In this document: positions 1 through 14,400 of the stretch, piece by piece
How positions within the stretch are numbered: position 1 is the first letter of the stretch
Layout of the letters: each line of letters starts with the position of its first letter
Source: Vicugna vicugna
Taxonomy: Eukaryota
Direction of reading: 5' to 3'
NCBI GenBank assembly: GCA_013265495.1
Contig: MU058540.1
Location: 2,257,696-2,321,695, forward strand
DNA: 64,000 bases
The notes under the pieces: generated by a model
Database searches by the model: none
What the model saw: the letters and a program-made list of their open reading frames with translations, nothing else
What the model was told of the DNA's origin: nothing
Program-made: the position numbers and the translations under genes

Positions 1-439
1 GAACATATACAATGCATCACTTTCAATCAAATGTTTAAAACATACAAAATAGCCAATACATAGTTAAAATATAAAGAATTACAGAACAGCAACTAGTAGG
101 TAAATAATTCCCAGAGATCTAACACACAGCACAGTGATTACAGACAAAAAAGCTGTTGTATAACAAACATTGAACTTTCTAAGAGACTAGATCTTAACTG
201 TTCCCACCACTAGAAATAATAACTATGATATGCAACAGAAGTGTTAGCTGACACTACACTGGCAATCATACTGAAATATAAATTTATCAAATCAATGTAT
301 TGTACAATTTAAACTTACACAATATTTTAATTATACCTCAGTTTTTTAAAAAGCTGAGAAGAAAGAATGAAAAAAGGAACAACAACACAAAAGAAATATA
401 GTTGGAAAAGTTTTCCAATTAATTTGAGAGCACTAGCAT

Positions 440-1555
440 AACCCTGACATTCAAAGCAGAAAAGATTAACACACATGTATCCATGCACACACAAGTAGAA
501 AACTACTGGTCAATCTCACCAATGAACTTCACACACAACTACTGAATACTCAATATTCACAAGAGGACAAAAAGTATCATTCAAACAGGAAACTTATTGT
601 TATTCACTATTTAATATACATACAGAAGAAAAATACAAAAACTACAAAGACATTTGATAAAATTCAAGATGAATTTGAGATTGAAACACTTAACTAGGAA
701 TAAACTGGAGAGAAACTCAACTCAGTTAAAGATGTCTATTAGAAAATCATAGAAACATTATACAAGTGTTTCACATTATACAAGATCTTCATTACAATTA
801 CACAATTTTATGGATACTTTTCAAAGTTGTACTGGCAATCTTAGATAATAATTGAAGGCAAGAAAAAGAACCAAAACTGTCCTCATTACAAAGTGTCTAT
901 TTACCTAGGAAATTGGAGAAAAGTCACTGAAAAATCAGTACATCCAATAAAGGGTTTTAGGGAAGGAGAAAACAAATTACAATACAAATTACAAAAGCAA
1001 CAGTATTTCTACATGCCAGCAATAACCAATAAAAAATGTTAACAGATAAAAAGCAATGTATTTACAAAAACAATAGCAACAGCTCTAAAATCTAGAAACA
1101 CACATGTCTGAAGGATATATGATGCCTTAACAAACAAACAAAAACAAACTACAGAATATTTCTAGATGGGAAGACTCAAAATTGTAAACATGTTAATTTT
1201 CCAGAAAGTAATCTATAAATTCAAAACAATTCCAATAGAAAGCAACATGGTATTTTGAAGAGCGTGATTTTGTAGTGTGACTGAAGTAAAATCTTGAAAA
1301 AGGAAATAAGCAAAAATAGCCAAAAATTTTTCAAAAAGGAGAAATGATATGGGAACTTGTTCTCCAGATAACAAAATATAATAAACAGCTATAGTAATTA
1401 ATCCTGGGAGCACTGGTACTGATTAGAATGAGATCTAGTCACGGACTCAAGTAAATATGGGAATTTAATATTAGATAAATATGGCATTTCAAAACAATAA
1501 AAAAAAAACATGAACTATTTATTATAATCACTGGGAAAACCAGCTATTTGGGAAA
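440..1555 (+). mobile_element. Old LINE-1 (L1M) ORF2 remnants
   Basis: A-rich degenerate L1 ORF2 phrases such as 'gacatttgataaaattcaa' and 'gatgggaagactcaaaattgtaaacatgttaatt'; no intact frame. Confidence 0.65.
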
Positions 1556-1564
1556 GCGGATCCT

Positions 1565-1812
1565 TCTAAGAGGGAGGTGGGAACATCAGAGTGAGGAGAT
1601 ATAATGACAGTGTGAGGAAGGAGCCATGAGCCAAGGAATGCAGGGGACCTCTAGAAGCTGGAAAAGACAAGGAAATGGATTCTTCCCTAGAGCCTCCAGA
1701 AGGAACACTGTCCTGCTGATCCATTTTAGACTTACAACCTTAGAACTGTAAGATAGTAACTTTGCATTGCTTTAAGCTACTAAATTCACAGCAGCTATAG
1801 GAAACTAATACA
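1565..1812 (+). mobile_element. MaLR LTR fragment (MLT1D-like)
   Basis: Typical 'gagccaaggaatgcag...ctctagaagctggaaaagacaaggaaatggattc...' ending in 'ggaaactaataca'. Confidence 0.8.
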
Positions 1813-3029
1813 GCAGTCTAGCATTACTCAAACTAGTAACATGCCAGTTCAAGAAAGCATTCAAATGCTCTATAAATATGTGAAAAGATTTCAAAACCAA
1901 TAGTAACAGGAAAAAATTAAAAGATAATTTTTTTGCCCACTGACTTGGCAGAAATTAAAAAGCATAATTTCGTATGACAAGGATTTGGAGGGAGTGAATA
2001 GGCATTTTTTTATACTGTTGATGGGATTAAAACTGGTAAAGCCTTTTTGGAAGGTAAATTGGCAGTTTATATATCCTTTGACAAACTAAGTCTACTTCTG
2101 GGAGGTAATAATTATGGAATAGTTGAGAGCACAGATACTATTGAGGGGTGGCTGCTTGAATATGAATCTCTTTCCTGCCATCCACAAGATGTTTGATTGG
2201 GAGTCACTTAACACCCCAAGCTTCTCTAATGATTTATCTACAAAATAAGGATAGTAGTTGCTGTGAAATTTTGACATTTAATGTAATTAGCATAATGCTT
2301 ATTAGTCCATAGGTAGTGTTTGATATACATTACCTGTTGTTAATGCATTATAAAGTACATGTACACATCTAAAATAACTGTGTTCACAAGAATGTGGGGA
2401 AATTGGAAACTCTGTGCATTTCTGGTGAGAAAGTAATGATGCAGCTGTTATGAAAAAGAGTATGGTGGGTCCTCAAAACGTTAAAAATAGAGTCACCATA
2501 TTCACCAATTCTACTTCTGGGTATATACCTAAAGCATTGAAACCAAGAACTTAAAATTTTAAAGGATAAAGAGTTTCAGTTTTACAAGATGGAAAGTGTC
2601 ATGGGGATGGATAAGGTGATGGTTGTATAACAATGTAAATGTATTTAATACCACTGAACTGTACACTTAAAAATGGTTAAGATAGGAAATTTTGTTACAT
2701 GTATTTTACCACAATTTGGAAAAAAAAATCAACATAGAAAAAAAACAACCCCAAAACACTTATGACTGAACTTGTAACAGTGCCTTGGCATGCTGCTGTG
2801 ATGTCACACAATATCTAGATTCTAGGATCTTATAATTAAGCAGGAAATAAACAAATAAAGCAAGCAAACAAAAAGATGGTCATCATGTTATTGTTAGTAT
2901 AAAATAAATGAACACAATTTGTAATAAGTAGCAGGAGTTGAGTAATTCATGGCATATCCATATAATGGAGAAGTGCTATCAAAGAAAACTAAGACACACC
3001 ATAAGACTGTATCAATTTTGTAACTTAAA

Positions 3030-4205
3030 AAGCTGCCTGAGGGTCAAGCTTCCAAACAGCCTGAATGGAGATGCTGAGATCCTCCCCTTAGGGACAGAGA
3101 CAGAAGTTGGCACCTCCTCAACTACTGGGAGCCATTTAAAAAATGTAATAGGCCGCTTGAACAAGCACAAAGGTTTGAAACACAACAAAGAGTTGAGGCA
3201 CAGTTAAAAGACAAGGTTCAACTATGTAGGCTCCAAGATTGGGACAGGAGTTTGTTTTCAACCAACCAACAGAGAGTAAAGCAGAATGAAGAAACAGGAA
3301 TATGTTCCAAATGAAAGAATAAGATAAGAGCTCAGAAAAAAACCTTAATGAAATGAGGATAAGTAATTCAAAGTAATGGTCATAAAGATACTCATTGAGC
3401 TGCAATGGATGAACACAGTGGGAACTTCAACAAAGAAGAGAAATGGGAGAGATAAAAAAGCACCAAACAGAAGTCACAGAGCTGAAGAACTGAATGGAAG
3501 GAGACTAGAGGGGTTCAACAGCAGACTAGAGTAAGCAGAATAATCAGTTATTTCAAAGCAAGTAGTGGAACTCACCCAAATCAGAGTAGCAAAAATTAAA
3601 AAGAGTAAGAAGTGAAGATAGCTTACAGGGCTTACGGGACATCAAACAGACTAGCATCGCACTTCATTACAGGGATACCAGAAGAAAGAAAGGCAGAAAT
3701 CTTGTTTGGAGAAACAATGGCTGAAAGTTTTCCTAACCTCAGGAGGAAACAGACATCCACAACAATAAATTAAAAGGGTCATATCCCATGATCAAGTGTG
3801 GTTTGTTCCAGGGATGCAAGAATTGCTCAACACCTGCAAATCAGTCAATATGATACACCACATTAACAAAATGAAGGATAAAAGTAATAATCTCAGTTGA
3901 TGGGAAAAAGCATTTGACAAAATTCAACATCCATTTATGATTGAAAACTCCCAACAAAGTGGATACAGAGGAAATGTATTTCAACATAATTAAGGCCATA
4001 TACGACAAGCCCACAATGACCATCATACTCAACAGTGAAAAGCTGAAAGCATTTCCTCTGAGATCAGGAATCAGACAAGGATGTCCATTCTTACCACCTG
4101 TGTTCAATATAATATTAAAGTCCTAGCCAGGGCAATTAGGCAAGAAAAAAAAAGAGAAATAAAAGGCATCCTAACTGGAAAGGAATAAGTGTAATTGTTG
4201 CTTTC
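3030..4205 (+). mobile_element. Internally deleted LINE-1 (ORF1 start joined to ORF2 RT region)
   Basis: ORF1-like sequence up to 'gaaacagacatcca' (~3759) runs straight into the RT region; ORF 3941-4126 reads [10 protein letters not shown]...[16 protein letters not shown]. Confidence 0.85.
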
Positions 4206-5339
4206 TTGATAGATCACAAAACTACAGAACGGCACAGAATGGTTCATGCTCTACTACCATCTGTTTTAGGAAGGATTAGCTCTTTTTAAAAAGCAACATG
4301 CTTTTTACTTACTAACATAACTCACTGAGTAGTTAGGGGAGCAACACTTTTAATAAAGAGACAAGCTTGACAATATGCTGAGTTTTAAAGAAATTCTTTT
4401 AGATAATTTTGCAGGATCTGGGAAAAACTAGTTCTGATCTGCTGATCAAGCTCCTATTTTAGTTTTAAAGTATATGTACTTTGTGGGAAATATGTATGTA
4501 TTTTATACAATGAATAGAGTCCTAAAATTGTGTAAAATAAGTTGATAACATCAATTATTATATGCATAGAGTGAGGCTGCTTATTCTTTCATAGAATTAA
4601 TGAATCTTAGAGTTAACAAAAATCTTTAGAACTCTATCCTAAGCCCCATTTCACAGATGAACATTCAGACTCAGAAAAGTTAAGGAAGTATCCCAGGTGT
4701 AGGAAGTCATAGACTAGAACCTAGAAAATGAAATTTTGCATTTCAGTCAAATGCTTTTTCCATTGTGCTACCAAGAAAACAAATAAATAAACAAATCTTT
4801 ATAGTTAAAAAAGCCCCTATAGATAAAACACAAAATAATTATAGTTATAGGATAGAATGTAAGGTAATCATCCTAAGATGGTAAAGACAGAGGCAAAGGA
4901 CAGAGGTGAAACAGAAGAGGCAAAGAAAAGGTCTACCAGCATTCTGATTTAACAAAGTGGGAAGTTAAAGCTTGCCTAGAGTTGATGAAACCAAAAATAG
5001 AGGCTGAGGTACCTTGAAGTTATGAAATAATCAAAAGTGGGTCTAGACAGAAAATAAAAAATAAGGATGTGGAAAAACAGGAACCCTCATACATTGCTGG
5101 TGGAAATGTGAAATGGTATAACTACTTTAAAAAACAGTTTGTCAGTTCCTCAAAATGTTGAATAGATTTAACCATATGACTAAGCCCTTCTACTTCCAGG
5201 TATTTATCCAAGAGAAATAAAAACATGTGCCCACACAAAAAATTTCCCATGAATGTTCATGACAGTATTATTCATAATAGCCAAAAGTGGAAACAACTCA
5301 AAAATCCATCGACTGATGAATGGCTTCCAAGTGGTCTCC

Positions 5340-7642
5340 TTGCTCCCAAACGTGTCATCTCTAATTTAACCTCTAGATCAGGGGGTCATAAAGACCTTAA
5401 AGGTTCATTACACACAGTGCTCTATGGAAAGAACTGTCAATGCTATGGAAGAGAACCTCAAAAGAGAGAACATCATAAAAGTCTAGAAGGATTAGGCCAC
5501 TGAAGATGCCATCATTGTTATTAAAAAAAAAAAAAGCCATGAAAAAAAAAATCAAACCTGAACAATAAATTTCTGTTGGAGAAAGTTGTGTTCAGTTGTT
5601 GTGCATGAGTTCACAGGATTTATGACAGAGCCAATCAAGGAAATCCTGAAAGACTGTGGATATGGCAGAAAAGTAAGGGGGTGAAGGGTTTTAAGACATG
5701 GATCTTGAAGAAATTCAACAGCTAGTAGACATAAGAGAGGAATTAACAAAAGATGACTTGATGGAGATGAGTGCTTCCAAAAAAGTGGCAGATGATGAGG
5801 AAGAAGACATAGAAGAAGCAGTGCCAGAAAACAAATTGACATTAGACAATCTGGCAGAAGGGTTCTGATTATTCAAGACTACTTTTGACTTTTTATGACA
5901 TGGATTCCTCTATGTATCACTGAAACCAAAACTAAAGCAAATGGTGGAAAAAAGATTGGTACCATATAGAAACCACATTTAGAGAAATGAAAAATCAAAA
6001 AAGTTAGACAGAAGTGGCCAGGTATTTCTATAAAGTTAGACCAAGCATGCGTACCCCTCCTGCCTCCTCTTTCCACATCCTCCACCTCTGCCACCTCTCC
6101 TCTCCCTCAGTCTATTCAATGTGAAGACAAGGATGAAGACCTTTATGATATTGCACTTCCACTTAATTAGTAAGTATCATGCTGTACAGTTAAACTTATC
6201 TGTTGGGTATGTGTGTATCTGTGTGAAAATCTAATAGTTGTACAGCAAGAACCATATGGGATATTTTTTGTCATCATCACCAAAGTATTCACTGTGTAGA
6301 CATTGTGTGCAAGACTTGAAGTGGATAGCCTGTCCTTACATAGGCATAAGAATTACATTACCCTACAGTATGCAGCTGCCCTCTTAATTGGAGAAAACTG
6401 TGTATCATCTATTACAAGTAAATTTTTTAATGCAACAATGTTTCCAATACCATGTTATGAATGTGACTATAATGTAATACTGTAAGTCATTAAAATTTTA
6501 TAACAATTCATTCATTAGTGTATAGGCCAGGCTACCACTAAGCAACTGTACTGACTACACTAGGCTACCATAAAGCAATCATATTATTTTGTTATCAATA
6601 CATGAAACATTATAACTGTAAATACACATGAACTTCTTTTTCACATTTTTTCCATTTTTGATGTAAATGTTAGTAATATGTACAATATCTACAGTGTTGT
6701 GTATCATATAATACTGGTATAGGTATGACAGACAATTCATTTCATAAACGGATGATGTAAACTTATGGTATCGATAAATATAGTACAGTACTGTAAATGT
6801 CTTTTCTCTTCCTTATGATTTTAATAACAGTTTCTCTCTCAATAACATTTTTCTTTTCTCTTAGCTTACTTTAAGAATACAGTATATAATACATATATAT
6901 AACATACAAAATACATGTTAATCAACTGTTTGTCTTATCAGTAAGGCTTCCAGTCAACAGTAGGCTATCAGTAGTTAAGTTTTTGAGGAGTCATAAGTTA
7001 AAGCATTCATAGCAGCACTATTTACAATAGCCAAGACATGGAAACAACCTAAATGTCCATCAACAGATGACCTGATAAGGAAATTGTGATATATTTATAC
7101 AATGAAATACTACTCAGCCATAAAAATGATAACATGCCATTTGCAGCAACATGGAAGTCCCTGGAGAATGTCATTTTAAGTAAAGTAAGCCAGAAAAAGA
7201 AAGAAGAATACAATATGATATCATTCATATGTGGAATATAAAAAAAAAAAAAGATGAACTTATATATAAAACAGACACAGACTAACAGACATAGAATACA
7301 GACTTGTGGTTGCCAGTGGGGAGGGGTGTGAGAAGGGATAAACTGGGAGTTCAAGATTTGCAGACATTGACTGGTATATATAAAATAGATAAACAAGTTT
7401 ATACTGTATAACACAGGGAAATATATTCAATATCTTATAGTAGCTCATGGTGGAAAAGAATATGAAAATGAATATATGTATATCCATATATGACTGAAGA
7501 ATTGTGCTGCATACCAGAAACTGACACACTGTAAATTGACTACAACTCAATTTAAAAAAAAAAGTTAAAGCAAATTTTCAACTGGCAGGGAAGGAGGGGT
7601 GGATTCTTATCCCTAACCCTGACACTGTTCAAGCGTCAACTG
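5340..7642 (+). mobile_element. Tigger1 (TcMar) DNA transposon, 5'-truncated, interrupted by an L1 fragment
   Basis: Tigger1 transposase phrases ('gtgccagaaaacaaattgacattagacaatctggcagaagg') and the right terminal inverted repeat '...gttcaagcgtcaactg' followed by TA at 7643-7644. Confidence 0.85.
7006..7561 (+). mobile_element. 5'-truncated lineage-specific LINE-1 3' end nested in Tigger1
   Basis: L1 ORF2 end plus 3'UTR and poly(A); exact TSD AAGTTAAAGCA at 6995-7005 and 7562-7572. Confidence 0.9.
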
Positions 7643-10567
7643 TACATAGAAAGTACACAATGTCTGTTAGCCAATCTGTGGTTTCTCAAGGGAGTGCAGA
7701 TGAGGTTGAAGATTTTAAAAATATCTTTATATACGTCCCTGTATTTTTATGGAGGAAGAAAAAAAAAGACATATTACTCCCCTCTCTTGCCCCAGAACTA
7801 AATGTGAGTATCTTCTCACCCTTAGTGTAGGCAATTACTTCCTAAAGCACTCAAAACGCAAATGAAAAATTTGACAGTTTCACATAAAATTAAACAGATA
7901 TTAACTGTATTTCAGCAATTCAAATCCTAAGAGAAATGAAAAGATATGTCTACTCAAAAATTTGTACATGAATTTATAGAAACTTTACATAATAGCTCCA
8001 AACAGAAAATAACATAAATGTCCATCAGTGCAGAAGAGATGAACAAACTGAGGTGTATTCACACAACAGATTAGTATTCAGCAATAAATAAGAACAAACT
8101 ACTAATACATGCAAGAAACACGGAGGAAACTTAAAAGCATTATGCTGAGCAGAAGCAGCTTGACACTAAAGGGTACACACTACATGATTCCATTTATATG
8201 AAACTGTTGATCAGCCAAACTAATCTATTGTGACAGAAAGAAGCCTGGTGTTGCCTACGGCCAGGATTAGGAGGGAGCGACTGAACCGACACACTGAAGT
8301 TTCTGCAATGATGAAAATGTTCTAGTCTTGACTGGTTCTTACCTTTGTCAAAATATACTGAACTGTACTCTTAGAATGAGTTCATTTTATTATTTGTAAA
8401 TTGTACCTCAATAGGGTGATTTTAAAATATAGGCAGAGTATTCCCTCCTTTCCATTTCTAACATAAATTAAAGCTATCCCTAGGTTAATCCAAAACCAAG
8501 GAATTAAGATTCTCCTTGCTTATTGAGAGTTCTTGCCATCTGGTCACTGGCAGCCAACTCACAGCTTTTCACAAAGAAAGGTCTTGGTGTGGAGCGGTAA
8601 TAGACACCAGCAGCAGTGGAGACAAACGAGACAGTAACAGCAGCAGATCAGGAGACCCTTAATTTGCAAGGGGCCCCACAAAAAACGGGGTGCTAACTAC
8701 AAGAGCAAAAACGTGGGTCATCTTGGGTCACCTTAAGACCCTACAAAACAACACTTTCAGGAGGATACATTACAGAACAATTTTCCATACTATAGTTTTG
8801 AAAAATTCATAAGTCTGAAATTCTACTGAATTTCTACGACCTCAGGGGAACCTTTTAATAACACCTAACTGAAAAATATTCTACACTTAACACTTTCTAA
8901 AAATTTAGTTTAATGTCTCATGGTCACTTGAAATCCCTTGTGATCTCAGATGAATTCAAGCAGCAGTAAATCAAAGAAACTAATGTATTTCTTGATTTTT
9001 AAGGTAAACTAAGCTTTATTATACTATTATACTACTAAAATGCATTGTGCCACCTGGCTTACTTAAATACTATGGTACCTTTTTACTTACATTTGTTAAC
9101 ACGTGATGTATATCAGAGTAACATTCTTGGAAGAGGAAATGCCAGGTCTAAGTGTATGTGCAACTTATTTTTTGATACATACTGCTAAATTCATCACCCT
9201 TCATAGATGGTGTGTCAAATTTATTAGACTGCTTTTAGCAATATATGACTGCCTGCTTTGTCATTTCCTTTCCAATATTATGTATCATTAACTTTTTGTT
9301 CTGTATTCACCCTATGGGGAAACACAGAATCTCAAAAAATGTTGAAAACTCTGTAATTCAAGGTGCTCACACTGGTAGTTTTTCAAGTGAAAAAGCTGGG
9401 TAAAACAGAAAAATACATACACTGGCATACACACACATACACTCAAGTAGTTACTATAACCTAAAACATAGAAGTGAAGAGGCCACTTCTTTGCATATGG
9501 ATATACTAACTCATGTTCCCAGTCACCTTTCTTGTAGCAACTACACCCTTATGTATACCATATGTATCAACTATAATTTCTGGCTGGGGTTTCTTTAAGT
9601 GAAGGAAGAACTTGAAAATACCTGGGAATCCATAAAAAGAATGCAAAGGATCTCTAAGAAGTGATATGGAATGATTTCTAAGATACAGTGTTTGGGGGAA
9701 AATGTACAGTGCAAAAGAATGTATACTTTTGTTATTTTACACATGTGTTAAGACAGATGGAGAAACAAATAATACATACATATTTTCTCATTTTTACAAA
9801 AAAGGATACATCAGAAATGAGTGAAATGGTTACCTTCAGGCAGTGGATGGGAACAGGGTAAAGGGAAGAAGAACAGGAACAAACTTCCTGAAACACGTAC
9901 AATGTTTTAATGACTAAAATGAGAGGAAAAAATGGTAAGGAGTTTGGCCAAGATGGCGAAGTAGGAAGACATTGACTCACCTCCTCTTACAGGTAAACCA
10001 AAATTACAACTATTTACAGAGCAAATATTGATGAGAAAGACTAGAATCTAGCAGAAAAGATCATCTACAACTAAAGGTATAAAGAAGGAACCACAACAAA
10101 TTGAGTAGGAGGGGCAGAGCTGTGGTATCGTCAAGACCTATACTCCTGGATGGTTAACCCACAAACAGGAGGATAAATACAACTGCAAACGTTTTCCCCA
10201 AGGAGCAATGCGTCTGAGCCCCACACTGGGCTCCTCAACCCAGGAGGTCCAGCATTGGAAAGACCAGCCCCCAGAATGTTTGGCTTTGAAGGCCAGTGGA
10301 GGCTTACTTTCAGGAGACCCAGAAGGTTGCAGGAAATAGAGACTCCACTCTTAAAATGGCATACACAAAATTTCATGTTCTCTAGGACTCAGGGCAAAAG
10401 CAGTAATTTGAAAGGAGCCTGGGTCAGACCCATCTGCTGATTTTGGAGAGTCTCCTGGAGAGGCAGGAGGTAACTGAAGCTCACCCTGGGAACAAAGACA
10501 CTGGCAGCTGCCATTTTTGGGAGCTCATTCTACCACGTGGACACTGGTGTTGGCAAGCACCATTTTA

Positions 10568-11407
10568 TTTTTATTGAATTAGTCAGTTTACAATGTTGTG
10601 TCAATTTCTGGCATACAGCACAGTTTTTCAGTCAGACATGAATATACATATATTCGTTTTCATATTCTTTTTCACTGAGTTACTGCAAGATCTTAAAAAT
10701 ATTTCCCTGTGCTATACAGTAGAAACTTGTTTATCTATTCTATATATACCTGTCAGTATCTATAAATCTCAAACTCCCAGTCTGTCCCTACCCACCCTCC
10801 TCCCACTGGCAATCACAAGTTTGTATTCTATGTCTGTGAGTCTGTTTCTGTTTTATATTCAACTTGTGGGCGTTTTTTTTTGGGGGGGGGTTAGGTTTAT
10901 TTATTTTTAGAGGAGGCCCTGGCGATTGAACTCAGGTCCTTGTGCATGCTAAGGATGTACTCTACCACTTGAGCTATACCTGCCTCTGGGCTTTTTTTTT
11001 TTTTTTTTATTTTTCAACATTTGGCTGTAATATAAGTGATATCATATGGTATTTTTCTTTCTCTTTCTGACTTTCTTCATTTAGAATGACAAACTCTAGG
11101 TCCATTCATGTTGCCACAAATGGTATTATTATTTTTATCACTGAGTAGTATTCCATTGTATAAATGTACCACAACTTCTTTATGCAGTCATCTGTCTATG
11201 GACATTCAGGTTGTTTCCATGTCCTAGCTATTAAATAGTGCTGCTATGAACACTGGGGTACAGGTGTCTTTTTGAATTAGGGTTCCTTCTGGATATATGT
11301 CCAGGAGTGGGATTGCTGGGTCTCACGGCAAGTCTGTTTTTAGTCTTTTGAGGAATCTCCATACTGTTTTCCACAATGGCTACACCAAACTGCATTCCCA
11401 CCAACAG
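10568..11407 (-). mobile_element. Antisense LINE-1 3' fragment inserted in the 5'UTR of the larger L1
   Basis: Same 3'UTR family as 7006-7561, on the opposite strand; TSD GGCAA(G/C)CACCA(T/C)TTTA at 10552-10567 and 11408-11423. Confidence 0.88.
10875..10985 (-). mobile_element. Camelid Vic-type tRNA-derived SINE nested in the L1 fragment
   Basis: Reverse strand reads 'ggtatagctcaagtggtagagtacatccttagcatgcacaaggacctgagttcaatc' (A and B boxes) followed by an 'aaataaataaacctaa' tail. Confidence 0.85.
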
Positions 11408-14400
11408 GGCAACCACCACTTTAGAATCCTACCTCTAACTTATTAGCAGGGGACCTAGCCCCACCCACAAGTCTCCAGTACTAGGCGGCTTTAACCAAGT
11501 AATCTAGTTGGGTAAGGACATGGACTCACCCACCAGCAGGTAGGCTGCCTTAAGACCCTTTGAGCCCACAGCCATCCTGGACATGGCCCTGTCCACCAGA
11601 GGGCCCAGGATCTGGCCCCACACACCAGTGCAAAGGCATTAACCCCCAGATCCCCAGTATCCTGTAGCCAGAACTCAGCTCTGCCCACCAGGGGGCCGAC
11701 ACCAGCCTCAAGACCACCACAGCCCCAGAGCCTGCCATGGCAAGATTCAACACACCCAGTGGCAGGCCAACATCAGCTAGGAGACACCTTGGGACCCTCA
11801 GGCAGCTGCCCTGGGCCCCAGCCCCACTCACTAGCAGGCTAACACCAGTTCCAAGATACCCTAGACTCCCCAACCACTTCAGGATCCAGTCCCATGCACC
11901 AGAGGGCCAGGACCAGCTTTAGAACACCCCAGAATCCATAGCCAGCCATGTCAGAAACTGGCCCCACCCACCAGCAGACTGACACTAGATCAGTGAACCC
12001 TGCCCCCCTAACCCCAGAACCTGACTCTGCCCACAGTAACCCAGCATTAGCCCTCGGACTCCCGGGGCTCTGCAGCCAGCCACCTCATGACCCAGCCCCA
12101 CCAACCAGACTGCCCACAGTAGTCAGCCTGCCACAACAGAAGGACCTGCACAGCCCACATAGGGGGAACCCCTAGAACACATATTTCGGTGACCAGAGGG
12201 AAGAGCGCACTGCTGGGGCACATAAGACATCTCCTATAAAATGCTACTTCTCCAAGGTTGGGAAACATAAGCAAGCTACCAGATACATAGAAAAACAGCA
12301 AGTTAGATAAAATGAGGCAACAGAGGAACAACTTCCAAATGAAGAACAAGATAAAACCCCGGAAGAACTAAGTGAAGTAGAGCTGGGCAATCTACCCAAT
12401 AAAGAATTCAAGGTAATGAATATAATGATTGAGGAACTCAGGAGAAGAATGAACAGAATGAGAAATTAGAACTTTGTAAGAGAGAATTAGAAAATATAAA
12501 AAAGAACCTAACAGTGATGAAAAATACAACTGAAATTAAAAAGTACACTAGGAGGAATTAATACTAAACTAGATGAGACCTCTAAGACAACATCAAGCAT
12601 ACTAACACATTATAGGGATCCCAGAAGGAGAAGAGAGAGAGAAAGGGGCAGAGAATGTGTTTGAAGGCATAATAGCTGTAAATTTCCCTAAACCGGGAAA
12701 GGAAACAGACATCCAGGTCCAAGAAGCACAGAGTCCCAAGCAGGATCAACCCAAAGAAGACCACTCCAAGAAACACTATAATTAAAATGGCAAAAATCTA
12801 AAGATAAAGAGAGAATATTAAAAGTAGTAAGGTAAAAACAAGTTAAATACAAGTGAACTCCTGTAAGGCTGCCAACTAACTTTTCAGCAGAAACTCTGCA
12901 GGCCAAAAGGGAGTGGCACCATATATTTAAAGTGATGAAAGGGAAAAATCTACAACCAAGAATACTCTACCTAGCAAGGCTGATATTTAGATTTGAAGGA
13001 GAGATCAAAAGTTTTAAAGACAAGCAAACACTAAAAGGGTTCACCACCATGAAACCAGCTTTGTAAGAAATGTCAAAGGAACTTCTCCATGTAGAAATAA
13101 AAAAAGCCACAACTAGAAGTATGAAAATTATGGAAGGGAAAAATCTCACTGGTAAAAGCAAATACACAGTAAAGGTAGTAAATCAACCAAATACAAAGCT
13201 AGTAGGAAGATTAAAAGACAAAGTAATAAACACAACAGGTAGTTAAGGGATACACAAAACAAAAAGAAGTAAAAAATGTCAAAAATTGTAATCATGGGGG
13301 GAGGGGAGTACAAATATATATATATGGATGGCTATATGTAAACCTATGGTAACCACAAACCAAAATTTATAATAGATACACACACACAAAAAGAAAAAGG
13401 AGTCCAAATAACACTAAAGACAGTCATCAAAGCATAAAGGAAGAGAACAAAAGAAGAAAAGAACAAAACTGAAAAACAATTAACAAAATGGCAGTAAGTT
13501 CGTATCTAACAATAATTACTTTGAATGTAAATGGACTAACTATCCCAGTCAAAAGACACAGAAGAGCTGAATGAATATAAAAACAAGGTTCACGTATATG
13601 CTGCCAAATGAACTAAATAGATCTATATAGAACATTTCATCCAAAAGTAGCAGAATACATGTTCTCTTCAGGTGCACATGGAACAGTTATCAGGATAGAT
13701 CACACACTACACCACAAAACAAGTCAGCAAATTTGAGAAAATTGATGTACTATCAAGCATCTTTTCTAGCCACAATGCTGAGACCAGAAATCAACTATAA
13801 GAAAAAGAATGCAAAAACCACAAACATGTGGAAGCTAAGCAATACGCTACTAAACAATCAATGGATCACTGAAGAAATCAAAGCAGAAATTAAAAATACC
13901 TGGAGATAAATGAAAATGAAAACACCACAACCCAAAATATATGGAAAACACCACAATCTAAGAGGGAAGTTTACTGTGAAAAAAGCCTACTTCAGGAAAC
14001 AAGAAAAATCTCAAATAAACAACTTTATCTTATACCTAAAAGGAACTAGAAAAACAAAAAGGAATCAAACCCAAAGTTAATAGAAGGAAATAAATCATAA
14101 ATATTAGAGCAGAAATAAATGAAATAGACTTAAAAAACAATAAAAAAGATCAATAAAACTAAGAGCTCTTGGGAGGGGGGAAGATAAACAAAATTCATAA
14201 ACCTGTAGCCAGACTTATCAAGAAAAAAAGAGGGGCCAAATCAATAAAATCAGAAATGCAAAAGGGAGTTACAACCAACACCACAGAAATACAAAGGATC
14301 ATAAGAGACTACTGCAAACAACTAAACGCCAATAAAACAGACAACTTAGCAGACATGGACAAGTTCCTAGAAATGTACAATTTCCCAAGCCTGAATCAGG

